Shown here: positions 36,513 through 45,033 of the stretch, piece after piece
How the letters are laid out: every line of letters begins with the position of its first letter
How positions within the stretch are numbered: the stretch's first letter is position 1
Virus record (IMG/VR): IMGVR_UViG_3300031227_000061
Span: 1-53,770 of that record
DNA: 53,770 nt
From: a virus
Taxonomy: Duplodnaviria > Caudoviricetes
Direction: 5' to 3' (one strand)
Program-made: the position numbers and the translations under genes
Notes under the pieces: generated by a model
Database searches by the model: none
Seen by the model: only the letters and a program-made list of their open reading frames with translations
What the model was told of the DNA's origin: nothing

Positions 36513-36856
36513 GCGACCGCCCCCTCTACGTCGAACACCAGGAGCGCCCTCAGTTGCATCCGCTGCTTCTCGGGGTACAGAGCCAAGAGGGCGTCGAGCT
36601 TGCCACGCCGCTCCACCTGCCGCAGGATGCTGCGGGCATACTTCCGGCCGGGGGCGCTATGGTTCAACTCGTCGAGGGTTCCGGGGCACATGGCGCTGCC
36701 GTCATCACCGCGGTTCGTGATCGTGCGCCCACGGCGGCTGGACAGGTCGGGCATGCTGATGGTGCGGCTGATGTCGACCTGCGCGCCGGTGAGGGAGCAC
36801 TCATGCCCTTGGCGGGCGCGGTTGAATTCGCAGGCGGGGCAGTCACGGCACATCAT
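36509..36856 (-). CDS. Cys-rich hypothetical protein
   Basis: CRDCPAC...C...CP; coupled ORF. Confidence 0.6.
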   Translation of the reverse strand: MMCRDCPACEFNRARQGHECSLTGAQVDISRTISMPDLSSRRGRTITNRGDDGSAMCPGTLDELNHSAPGRKYARSILRQVERRGKLDALLALYPEKQRMQLRALLVFDVEGAVA

Positions 36857-37146
36857 GGGGCCAGCACCTCACGGAACTCCATGGGTTCAGGGCAACCGTT
36901 GAGCTTACGGAGGGCGTTCTCGATGGCGTTGCGGGCGGTGACGCGCACATAGCCACGCCGGTTCTTCGCACGCCGGACCTCGGGGAGCTTCTCCCACAAG
37001 CGGATGTGGACTTCCTGCACGAGGTCCTCTACCTCTATGAGCCGGGGGACGCCCTGCTCCAAGGCACGGATGCACTCGCCGATGATCAGCCCCTGGTACG
37101 TGTCAGTAATGGCCGCGAGCTCCTCGTTCCGGGGTGCGCTTTGCAT
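36853..37146 (-). CDS. Stand-alone sigma-70 region 2 protein
   Basis: EVEDLVQEVHIRLWEKL...RGYVRVTARNAIENALRK is the ECF-like sigma2 pattern; protein ends at 97 aa. Confidence 0.8.
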   Translation of the reverse strand: MQSAPRNEELAAITDTYQGLIIGECIRALEQGVPRLIEVEDLVQEVHIRLWEKLPEVRRAKNRRGYVRVTARNAIENALRKLNGCPEPMEFREVLAP

Positions 37147-37221
37147 TCTTCTCTATTAACAAGGACACCAAAACACCCCAATCTTGAAGCATAGCAGACG
37201 AAAATAGTTGCCGCAGTGCGC

Positions 37222-37668
37222 TCATATGTGTTCCATTATCTCTTCGCCAGCGGCGGTGTAGCCGCAGAGGAAGATGGCAACTTCGCGGACGCCGGAACGG
37301 ACCCATCGGGCGGCGGTGGTTTGATGGACGCCGAGGCGTGGGGCGCAGTGGCGGGAGTCGCCGAAGCCTCGAAGGAAGTACAGCGTGAGGGCTTTGCACC
37401 AGTTGAGATCGTGACACATGCCGACGTGCGAGATGGCAAGCTCGATGTCGCACTTGCGGGCGGCGAGCATTTCGATAGGAGCGCCGGGGACGTAGATAGA
37501 GCCGCGGCCCTCTTCGGCGTCGGATGTGCCGCGGAGGTAGCCGACTGAGGCGTCGGCGCCCATCTGGGTATAGCCCCAGAGGGCTTCGGCTACCTGTCGG
37601 GGCGTCCACTCGCTACGGACACGGCGGGCGCCGTTGGGTGGTCGTTTGGTGCCTGAGGCGGTGAGCAT
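37222..37668 (-). CDS. Sigma-70 region 4-like / RinA-ArpU-like transcription regulator
   Basis: DIELAI...L.LYFLRG......APRLGVHQTTAARWVRSGVREVAIFL. Confidence 0.7.
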   Translation of the reverse strand: MLTASGTKRPPNGARRVRSEWTPRQVAEALWGYTQMGADASVGYLRGTSDAEEGRGSIYVPGAPIEMLAARKCDIELAISHVGMCHDLNWCKALTLYFLRGFGDSRHCAPRLGVHQTTAARWVRSGVREVAIFLCGYTAAGEEIMEHI

Positions 37669-37789
37669 GGATAGGCCTCCGCGTCAGGGCTCTGTTGTGG
37701 CGAGCCCGGTGTTGGTGGTGTACGGCGCCCCCTTTTTGGCGCGTGCTGCCTCTCCCACCGGGTGCGGCTGCTGTGGCGTTGCGGCTACA

Positions 37790-38023
37790 TCAATTTGCCC
37801 CTATCAGAACGAAGATGAGACAGCCCTCGACAATCTGCAGTAGGACAAACACGAGGCCAAATACCCGGTCCCCCACGGTTACCGTCCGGCGTGGCTTGGC
37901 GGTCTCGTGCAGGTATGCGTGGAGGCCACGCCAGAGCACGTCCCCCATCGCAATAAACCCAAGTGAGGCAGACATTGCGCCACAAATCAGAAGGACGATC
38001 TCAGCGACAGTCAGCGATTCCAT
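37790..38023 (-). CDS. Small two-TM membrane protein
   Basis: Two hydrophobic stretches; SD GGAGG. Confidence 0.65.
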   Translation of the reverse strand: MESLTVAEIVLLICGAMSASLGFIAMGDVLWRGLHAYLHETAKPRRTVTVGDRVFGLVFVLLQIVEGCLIFVLIGAN

Positions 38024-38084
38024 GGCTTTCCTCCATCGGCTTCGTCAGTTCTGGGTTGGTCTCTGCATCGTGCGGCGGTTGTGG

Positions 38085-38318
38085 CTACACGTACTTGCGC
38101 GTCGTATCGGCCGCAAGCATCAACTCGCCCTCTTCATCGACGGCTTCATACGTCGCGCGGAAGATCGCGTCCTCGCACGGGTACTGCTCGCCCTGGATGC
38201 CGGTAATGAGCCACCAGCCGGGGTGCCCGTGCATCAGGCCTTCCTTCGTGTCCACGTCGAACGCCTCTTCCATCTGCACGGCTTCAATCACTACTGGGAG
38301 CTTGCGGTACTTTGGCAT
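38085..38318 (-). CDS. Conserved phage protein (PGDYG-like)
   Basis: KYRKLPVVIEAVQ...TKEG.M...PGWW.I.G..GE.YPC...IF..TYE. Confidence 0.8.
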   Translation of the reverse strand: MPKYRKLPVVIEAVQMEEAFDVDTKEGLMHGHPGWWLITGIQGEQYPCEDAIFRATYEAVDEEGELMLAADTTRKYV

Positions 38319-38958
38319 GGGTCGTCTCCTTTTGTCGTGGCGGCATAATCATCGCGTACAACTCGACGAGCTCGTGGTCGCACTGATAAAGCGGCCCGTA
38401 CTCAAGCCAGTCATACGTCCGGCCGTCATCCGGCCTGACGCCAATCCGCGGTCCCTTGTCGGTCTCTTCGGCGAAGAACGTGCCCTCGTCGGACAGCCTG
38501 ACGGCGCGTCCGCGACGGTAGAGGACGCCCTCGATGTCGAAGTCAAATCGCTGCCGCAACGCGCTCCACACATTTACCTCAACCAGCAGACAGGCGAACA
38601 GCGCGCCGCGCTTGCCGACCACGTTCTCATCCCGAAGATAGAGCGACGAAGGGGCATCGGGGCCGAGGATGGCAACGCAACGCTCCATCCAGTCTGCCGG
38701 GAGGTCTTCGTCGTCCGCCACATCCCATAGCCCCACGGCACCATATCGCCCCCCTATGCTTTCGCCGCGTCCCCAACTCAGGTTGCCGAAGCCCAGGTGG
38801 TGCTTCTCCATCTGGGGCCGAATGCCCAGCCACCACACCACCGCCTGAAGCATCCACCTGGCGCGCCGGTACCTGCTGTTGACCCAGTCGCGCCGCATCG
38901 CCGGTTCCGTAGCCATGCAGCGGATGTCGAGCCATAGCCTGCGTAGGGTTCTCTTCAT
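38284..38958 (-). CDS. Hypothetical protein
   Basis: ATGA overlap with rusA stop. Confidence 0.6.
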   Translation of the reverse strand: MKRTLRRLWLDIRCMATEPAMRRDWVNSRYRRARWMLQAVVWWLGIRPQMEKHHLGFGNLSWGRGESIGGRYGAVGLWDVADDEDLPADWMERCVAILGPDAPSSLYLRDENVVGKRGALFACLLVEVNVWSALRQRFDFDIEGVLYRRGRAVRLSDEGTFFAEETDKGPRIGVRPDDGRTYDWLEYGPLYQCDHELVELYAMIMPPRQKETTHAKVPQAPSSD

Positions 38959-39464
38959 GGCGTCCCCTCCAAGTTCAATCTCTTCACGCATTCGAGCGCA
39001 TCCCAGATCGCGGCGCGCATGTACTCGGCTACGCCCTCCGTCAACTCGGTCACGACGATCTCCACACGCTGCTCTTTCTCGGGCACGCCGTAGATCACGT
39101 CGCCGCTGCCCTGCGGCACGCGGGTGATATTGTCATCCCGCACGATCTCCGGCTGCAGGCCATCGCATAGCGACTTCTCGATGTTGTCTTTGTCGGGGAC
39201 GCCCCTCTGCTTGCTGATGTAGGCGATCCAGTCCACGCGGACGGGGACCGTGAACACGCTGTCATTGCGGCGCATGTTCTTCGGGACGAGGCCGGCTTCA
39301 TTGGCGGCCACGAATGCGCAGAGCCGAACGCGGCCCTGGTACTTCAGGCACGCCTGTGCCTTCGGGCTCCACTTGCTGCGCTGGGTCATACGGACCTTCG
39401 GCACCGGGCGGCCGGGGACGGTGAATGTGAGCGTGCGGAGGGCGGTGGTGGTGTCGGTTGGCAT
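38955..39464 (-). CDS. rusA: RusA-family Holliday junction resolvase
   Basis: F.VPGRPVPK.R, PDKDNIEKSLCDGL, RDD motifs. Confidence 0.88.
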   Translation of the reverse strand: MPTDTTTALRTLTFTVPGRPVPKVRMTQRSKWSPKAQACLKYQGRVRLCAFVAANEAGLVPKNMRRNDSVFTVPVRVDWIAYISKQRGVPDKDNIEKSLCDGLQPEIVRDDNITRVPQGSGDVIYGVPEKEQRVEIVVTELTEGVAEYMRAAIWDALECVKRLNLEGTP

Positions 39465-39679
39465 CAGCCGCTCCCCATAAACTCGCGCCCGTGCGGTGTC
39501 CGCGCCCACGCCCCGAATGCCCTGCCGGACCCGTGGCAGACGCGACACCAGTCGCTTTCAATGGGCCGGGTGCTGCCAACGCCCACGACGCGACTGTCCC
39601 TGCCCGATCCGCCGCACTCGGGGCACCGTTGCCAGTGTGGCTTGCCGATGGCGTGTGTGTCGGTTGCGGGGAGGCTCAT
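39464..39679 (-). CDS. Small DnaJ-type zinc-finger protein
   Basis: CPECGGSG...CRVCHGSG. Confidence 0.7.
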   Translation of the reverse strand: MSLPATDTHAIGKPHWQRCPECGGSGRDSRVVGVGSTRPIESDWCRVCHGSGRAFGAWARTPHGREFMGSG

Positions 39680-39996
39680 CCGTCCGCCCCTTCGCTCTCG
39701 GTATTCTCGCCGTCATCGCCGCCGTGCGCCGCCACGATCTCTTCCAGCAGCGCCTGGGACCCGAGAAGCATAGCAACCGGCTCCTCCCCGATCTCGCGTT
39801 CCATGCAAAACAACTCCGTGAACGCCTTCCCCAACCTGCCCTCCATGCCCCTGAAGTTCACGCTGCCGCCATTGCGCAGGTCATAACTCAGAGACGTGTG
39901 TGTGTCGGTGCCGTCCACCGTCTGTGCGCTACGAACCCGCTCGATAGGACCCAGCTCCACGTATGCCACTCGCTTGTCTGTCGCCATCCATCCCAC
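39676..39996 (-). CDS. Hypothetical protein
   Basis: Coupled ORF. Confidence 0.55.
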   Translation of the reverse strand: MGWMATDKRVAYVELGPIERVRSAQTVDGTDTHTSLSYDLRNGGSVNFRGMEGRLGKAFTELFCMEREIGEEPVAMLLGSQALLEEIVAAHGGDDGENTESEGADG

Positions 39997-40036
39997 TTCC
40001 TTTCACCATCAGTCTAGCGCTTCGCCGGGGCCGTTG

Positions 40037-40558
40037 CTACCGGGGCCGGGGGCATCCTGTGTGGTCTCGGCGTCGGGCGTGGCGTTCAACCCGTCGTGCT
40101 TGCTCGTCTCGGGTCATGACCCTGACTACCGCATACCCGAACGATTTGACGAGCATGTCGCCAGTGACATTTGCATATCCCTGGAACTGTTCCGCCAACT
40201 CCATCGCCACATCCCGCATGAAGCCGGCGCGGCGGACGTGCGGCTGCCACTTGCCGTCGGCGTCCTGAAAGACGGCCAGTTCGGCGCGGCAGACGGGGCA
40301 GACGCCGCAGTAGCCGTCTCCGCAGGCGGGCATGTGGGAGCGATAGTCCTTGTCGTTGATTTCGGCTTTCAGTTGCCAGCCCACGACAATGCCGTCGTGC
40401 ACGGACGGCACATAGCCCTCGCCGTCGAATTCGTGACCGTCACCCCACGTCGTCCACGTGTCACGATCATGGACTATCTCCCGATGCTGCTCATTTGCGG
40501 GGTCACACAAGCACGTATCCCGCGCCACGAACCCCAGCCTGTCATCCTGTTCGCTCAT
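40037..40558 (-). CDS. Hypothetical Cys-containing protein
   Basis: SD AGGAGG before ATG 40558. Confidence 0.55.
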   Translation of the reverse strand: MSEQDDRLGFVARDTCLCDPANEQHREIVHDRDTWTTWGDGHEFDGEGYVPSVHDGIVVGWQLKAEINDKDYRSHMPACGDGYCGVCPVCRAELAVFQDADGKWQPHVRRAGFMRDVAMELAEQFQGYANVTGDMLVKSFGYAVVRVMTRDEQARRVERHARRRDHTGCPRPR

Positions 40559-40615
40559 CGGTTGCCTCCTGTCGCTTCTGTTCATCCAGCGGGGTGTCAG
40601 CAGGTGGTACGTTCA

Positions 40616-40861
40616 TCAGCCGCCCTCTCCCTTCGCACACTCCGGGCACAGGTCGCGCATGATGTAGATTTTCTCGTGTTCGGCAGGATAGATGCGCTTA
40701 CGCCGACGTGCCCAGCCGAACTGCTTGGCCTTTGCCCGGATGTCTGGTATATCGTCATAAGCACAGTACGTCCAATTCTTCGCTTTCCCGCAAACATCGC
40801 AGATGATGGTGCTTGAACCACTTGTCCAGGCAACGCCGATTGGCCGGATGTCAACCATCAT
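40616..40861 (-). CDS. Small zinc-finger protein
   Basis: IICDVCG...AK..GW...DLCPEC, a common phage motif. Confidence 0.7.
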   Translation of the reverse strand: MMVDIRPIGVAWTSGSSTIICDVCGKAKNWTYCAYDDIPDIRAKAKQFGWARRRKRIYPAEHEKIYIMRDLCPECAKGEGG

Positions 40862-41202
40862 CCACCATCCCCCTTCGCGATCTCCCGCGCCCTCTGCGCC
40901 CACCGCTCCACGCTCTCCTGCGCGCTGGGCTCCACATCCGGCGGCTCCCATGCGTCGGGGTTGCCACCTTCTGCACCGGCCAGGCCTGCTGCCAGGATCG
41001 TGAGGGCCGCGCGCTCCTGCTTCAGAGCCACCCCTGTGCTCTGCCAGTGCTTGTGCTGCCAGTCGCGGTCAGCCGTCAGCCGCGCCACATCAGCTTCCAA
41101 CTCCGCCACCCGTGCCTCCGCATCATGCACGCGCAACGCTATGGCGCTGAGTGTCCGGTAGCCATCCTGCAGGTCTCGCAGTTCATCCGCGCTATCCGTC
41201 AT
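40858..41202 (-). CDS. Hypothetical coiled-coil protein
   Basis: SD GGGAG; AEARVAELEA heptads. Confidence 0.6.
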   Translation of the reverse strand: MTDSADELRDLQDGYRTLSAIALRVHDAEARVAELEADVARLTADRDWQHKHWQSTGVALKQERAALTILAAGLAGAEGGNPDAWEPPDVEPSAQESVERWAQRAREIAKGDGG

Positions 41203-41566
41203 CGGTCTTCGCTCCCTTCGTCTGTTTCCGCGCCCAGGCGGCCACGCGCTCCGCATCCCATCGGCCCGGCTGGTCCGCGGCCATAGCGCCCGCCAGCACA
41301 TCCACCGCCGCGCGCTCCTGCTCAAGTTCATTCTCCAACCGCGCCACGCTTGGCCCCACCGTCACCGCGCCATCGGTGAGGGTGAACTTGGCGCCGCACT
41401 TCAGGCAGTGTTGGGGCACGCCCTCTTCGAGTTCCATATGCTCCGTGAGCCCGTCCTCGTGCGGACCACGGCAGATGGACGCGGTGGTCCTGTAATACTC
41501 GCCTGGGTCATCGCCCATCGGCGGGCGTATCCAGATGCCCTCGCACCCGCAGCGTATCTCACTCAT
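41192..41566 (-). CDS. Hypothetical Cys-containing protein
   Basis: SD GGAGG; RCGC...HCLKCG. Confidence 0.6.
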   Translation of the reverse strand: MSEIRCGCEGIWIRPPMGDDPGEYYRTTASICRGPHEDGLTEHMELEEGVPQHCLKCGAKFTLTDGAVTVGPSVARLENELEQERAAVDVLAGAMAADQPGRWDAERVAAWARKQTKGAKTDDG

Positions 41567-41762
41567 TCCATCGCCTCCCATTGTTCTCGGCCTCCAGCGC
41601 GTGCATACATCGCTTGCAGTTGATGTCGGAAAACGGGGCGCCGCGCTCCCAGTCAGTTCCATCCCCAATGCGAATGCCGCACAGCGTGTGCTCGCCATCC
41701 CGTGAGCAGTGTATCGTCGGGAGACCACTACGCAGGTAGTGAACCAAAACATCAAGTGCCAT
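41559..41762 (-). CDS. Small Cys/His zinc-binding protein
   Basis: H...TLCG...INCKRC. Confidence 0.6.
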   Translation of the reverse strand: MALDVLVHYLRSGLPTIHCSRDGEHTLCGIRIGDGTDWERGAPFSDINCKRCMHALEAENNGRRWNE

Positions 41763-42279
41763 CAGCCATCGCCTCCATGTCGTTGTCGTCGTATGCGTCA
41801 TAGTCTTTGCACTCGCACTCATACATGCTGCCGAGAATTACGAGCGGGTAGTCGAATAAGCCGCTGCGGTTGACTGCGCGGACCACGTTGCCGAACTCGT
41901 CTGTGTTGAGGTGCAACTTGCCATCCGGCAGCAAATCATAGAACACGTTCTCCGCGACACTGACGAGTTTCGTCCATTTGCACTCGGGCAACATCGCCTG
42001 ATGCGTGAGGGCATAGGCTACCTCGGGATGCCGCACGAACTCTTCCAGCAGTGCCGCCACGCTCTTGCCCACCACCGGCTCCCCATCATCCACACTCAAC
42101 CGGCACCCGCAGGAACCAGGGCAGTGGGCGTGGTGTGTACCATTCGCCGTGTGTATCAGCGGCACCGATGCTTCCGGCCCAATCTGCCAATGCCATATCC
42201 CTGCATCATCGTCAAACCAGCACGCTTTGCACTCGCAGCGCAAGGGTTCGGGCTGTTCAGTCTGCTCGCTCACTGCCAT
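41752..42279 (-). CDS. Hypothetical Cys-containing protein
   Basis: SD GGGAG; RCEC...HCPGSCG. Confidence 0.6.
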   Translation of the reverse strand: MAVSEQTEQPEPLRCECKACWFDDDAGIWHWQIGPEASVPLIHTANGTHHAHCPGSCGCRLSVDDGEPVVGKSVAALLEEFVRHPEVAYALTHQAMLPECKWTKLVSVAENVFYDLLPDGKLHLNTDEFGNVVRAVNRSGLFDYPLVILGSMYECECKDYDAYDDNDMEAMADGT

Positions 42280-42487
42280 CAACTCCCTTCGCGCGCCATC
42301 GCGGCACGCCCGTCTCTGCGTCGCGGTGCTTCTCAATCGCGCCCCGCCCCGTCAGCACCTGCACCGGGTGGAGCACCTGCTGCTCGGAGAGGTCGTTCAA
42401 CCCGGCGGCCTGCGTAATCTCCTGCAGCGTTGCCCAGGTTCCGAGGGCATGGAGGGCGTTGTGGATCGTGTCGATGTTGGTGCTCAT
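42257..42487 (-). CDS. Small winged-helix-like protein
   Basis: ATLQEITQAAGL...QV...V.VL..RG.I. Confidence 0.5.
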   Translation of the reverse strand: MSTNIDTIHNALHALGTWATLQEITQAAGLNDLSEQQVLHPVQVLTGRGAIEKHRDAETGVPRWRAKGVDGSERAD

Positions 42488-42708
42488 TCCGGCTCACACC
42501 CCTCGGGCCACAACCGCTCCATGCGTTCTCTGTCGAGAGCGAGAACGTAGACTGAGCAGCAATCATCCGTCACGTGCCGTAGGGGAGAAAACTGAAGCTC
42601 AAATCCAGTCTCGTCAGCAACTCCCTGCAACGCGCTCCGCATTGCCGCCTTGAATACGCTGCCCATGTCCTGCTCTTCATTGCGAGGCTCGGGGTCGGGT
42701 ATGCTCAC
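42484..42708 (-). CDS. Hypothetical protein
   Basis: Coupled ORF chain. Confidence 0.55.
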   Translation of the reverse strand: MSIPDPEPRNEEQDMGSVFKAAMRSALQGVADETGFELQFSPLRHVTDDCCSVYVLALDRERMERLWPEGCEPE

Positions 42709-43055
42709 GTCGCACTCTCCTTCCGCTTGTCATACTCCGCGATCCAGTCTGCCATCGACAGGAACACCGGCCCCCGGCATTCGTCCCACGTCCACCAGCC
42801 TTCAGCCATTTCGGAGAAGTACCGCAGGGCGTCGCGTTCGGCGTCGTCAAGCCAGCACTCAGCGTCGCCGGTCACGGCGGCCCACAGGTGGTACTCCAGC
42901 CCCATATGCCACCCGGCGTCCTCGTACTGCTCGCTCAACCCGCTCATCAGATCGTACAGCCGTTGCCGTGCGGGTGAGAGAGATACAGGTACTTTGCCAT
43001 GGACCAGCCCGGCGTCAATCAGCGCCCGCAGTGTCTCTTCTGGTGTCGCGCTCAC
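42705..43055 (-). CDS. Hypothetical protein
   Basis: Coupled ORF, Trp-rich (MSGLSE...AGW..GLEY.LW). Confidence 0.65.
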   Translation of the reverse strand: MSATPEETLRALIDAGLVHGKVPVSLSPARQRLYDLMSGLSEQYEDAGWHMGLEYHLWAAVTGDAECWLDDAERDALRYFSEMAEGWWTWDECRGPVFLSMADWIAEYDKRKESAT

Positions 43056-43489
43056 GTCGTCGCCTCCTCGGTTTCAGCCACATCCCAGTGCGCTCGCGTC
43101 AGATACCGCTCCCTGCCGGTCGCCGCAAAGTGCTCCGTGATCGCCTGCATGAGATCATTGATCACGGGACCGGTATGCAGTGCGGCCGGACTCCTAAAGC
43201 ACACCCTCGCGCTGGGATACCAGAAAACATAGACCCAGACCCCGCCGATTTCAGTGGCGATGACGCGGGCGCTGACGTACCTGTCGCGGATGTCAAACGG
43301 CAATGTCCTTCCCCACTCGACTGCCCCCTCTCGCGTAGCCATCGTCAGTTCTTCAGCTAGGCGCATACTCATCGCCTCCGCCATCCCTTGCAGGTGTGTC
43401 GCCTGCTGCCTCCAGTCTTCAAGTTGCTGCAGACACTCCTGTACCGCGTCAGATGCTGTTGCCATTCGCTTACACCCCTTTCTGCTCAC
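43052..43489 (-). CDS. Hypothetical protein
   Basis: Coupled ORF. Confidence 0.55.
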   Translation of the reverse strand: MSRKGCKRMATASDAVQECLQQLEDWRQQATHLQGMAEAMSMRLAEELTMATREGAVEWGRTLPFDIRDRYVSARVIATEIGGVWVYVFWYPSARVCFRSPAALHTGPVINDLMQAITEHFAATGRERYLTRAHWDVAETEEATT

Positions 43490-43923
43490 TCTCCGTAAAG
43501 CTGTATCATCTTCTCCAGGTGCGCCTCAGCCTCGCGCACGGCATCCGTCAGGGCAGCGGCACAAACCGGGCAGGTGCCGCTACTGCTCTTCCCGCTCCAC
43601 CGGCACCGTCTGGGGCGGCCCGACGGATGCCGCACCATCGCGTCACACCGCTGCGTTAGCGGACTGTACGCCCGGGCGGCCTCCAGCCAGACTTGCGCCG
43701 CCTGGACTTTCGTCAGGTCCTCGTGCATCATGCCCCGCGTCGCCTCGTTCGCGATGTCCCGGTACTTCAGCGTCCCGATCATGCCCGCGATCAGGTGCAA
43801 CGCGGCCTCCAGTGTCAGTTCTCCGGTGCCAACCGCGACGAACCACTCGCGTATAGCCAGCCGCGGGGTACTGTCCGCGCCCTCAATCTCAGCCGCTATG
43901 TGGTGCGGTAGTGACATGCTCAT
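43486..43923 (-). CDS. Hypothetical protein with C-terminal Cys cluster
   Basis: SD GGAGG; downstream of replication initiator. Confidence 0.55.
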   Translation of the reverse strand: MSMSLPHHIAAEIEGADSTPRLAIREWFVAVGTGELTLEAALHLIAGMIGTLKYRDIANEATRGMMHEDLTKVQAAQVWLEAARAYSPLTQRCDAMVRHPSGRPRRCRWSGKSSSGTCPVCAAALTDAVREAEAHLEKMIQLYGE

Positions 43924-44980
43924 TCACAGCCTCCAGGATTTCGTCAATGTGTTCGGCGCACGCCGGCTCAAGGTCGATCAGCGACTGGCGAACGGCACTC
44001 TCGTCGCCGCCGTGCATGGTGGAGAACCGTTGCGCACGGCGTTGCATATCCGCGATCCACTCGCCGAGGTGGCGCTCCTGCTCTTCGGGGCTCACCGTCG
44101 GTTCGGTATCGCGCTTCTCGCGGCTCTCACGGATAACGTGCTTCAGATGGCGCAGCCACGCATCGGCCCGCTGAGTGTTGGATGGTTTGTCCGTCTCCAG
44201 CGCATCGAAGATATACTCCCACGTGAGTTCGGGGTAGAGTTCGTCTTCACGCAGCACCGCCAACTCATTCGCGAATTTCTCAGCCCGCCAGTATTGCCCA
44301 TCGCGCCACGATGGCACTGCCGTCTGAATGCGGGTGACGAGGCCGGACGCCTGGACGTTGCTTTCGGTGCCGTGATTGCGCTGGCCGGGTGGGATGGCCG
44401 GCGTGCCGTGCTCCGCTGTTGGCTCCGAGGCCCGCGCGCTAGAGGTGTGGACGTCTTCTTCTTCTTTCTCTTTCTCTTTCTCTTCTCGGGACCGAGTCGG
44501 GACTGGTCCCGGACTGGTCCCGGACTGGTCCCGGACTGGTCCCGGCAATCCGTAGTATTCTGGCGACCTCTCGCAACCGTCTTTGTCCAGATATGCCCCG
44601 AGTTCATCCGGTACGTGCCACTCTGCCGGTAGTGAGTACTCGGGGCGGCCAACGCGGTGCCACTTGACATCTTGATACTTGTGATAGTTGCAAATGTATA
44701 ACAACTCCCGGACTGGTCCCGGACCACTCCCGGAGTAGGGTAGGATCAATCCAGCCGCGGCCTGCTGCTTGATGGCCGTCTCAATCTGCTCAAGCGTGAG
44801 TTGGCTGGCCGGCCAGACGAGGGCCTTATACTCGCGTGGGTTGGCCGGCAGGATGCCGTAGATGTTTGCAGCCGCCAGGCTCCAAGTGAACATCAGCGCC
44901 GCGTGCGGATGCTGCTCGGCAAGCTCCGCCATGGTCGCATCCCGCCCGATCTTATCGCTCAGCTTTGCCCAGTGTGCCAT
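43889..44980 (-). CDS. Phage replication initiator (replisome organizer, lambda O-like architecture)
   Basis: N-terminal wHTH (GLILPY...LYICNYHKYQ), low-complexity linker with iterons followed by EKEKEKE tract. Confidence 0.8.
   Translation of the reverse strand: MAHWAKLSDKIGRDATMAELAEQHPHAALMFTWSLAAANIYGILPANPREYKALVWPASQLTLEQIETAIKQQAAAGLILPYSGSGPGPVRELLYICNYHKYQDVKWHRVGRPEYSLPAEWHVPDELGAYLDKDGCERSPEYYGLPGPVRDQSGTSPGPVPTRSREEKEKEKEEEDVHTSSARASEPTAEHGTPAIPPGQRNHGTESNVQASGLVTRIQTAVPSWRDGQYWRAEKFANELAVLREDELYPELTWEYIFDALETDKPSNTQRADAWLRHLKHVIRESREKRDTEPTVSPEEQERHLGEWIADMQRRAQRFSTMHGGDESAVRQSLIDLEPACAEHIDEILEAVNEHVTTAPHSG
44455..44720. repeat. Putative origin of replication: four tandem 11-bp GGACTGGTCCC (44500-44543), a fifth at 44710-44720, and a pyrimidine tract at about 44455-44487
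   Basis: Read directly, inside the initiator gene. Confidence 0.8.
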
Positions 44981-45033
44981 CAGACCACCCTCACAAACCT
45001 GCCTCAGGGAACGGGAACGGGAACAGCGTCGGT

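Noticed and set aside
44500-44543. Tandem repeats as a possible CRISPR array
   Set aside because: 11-bp units with no spacers and no cas genes; better explained as iterons
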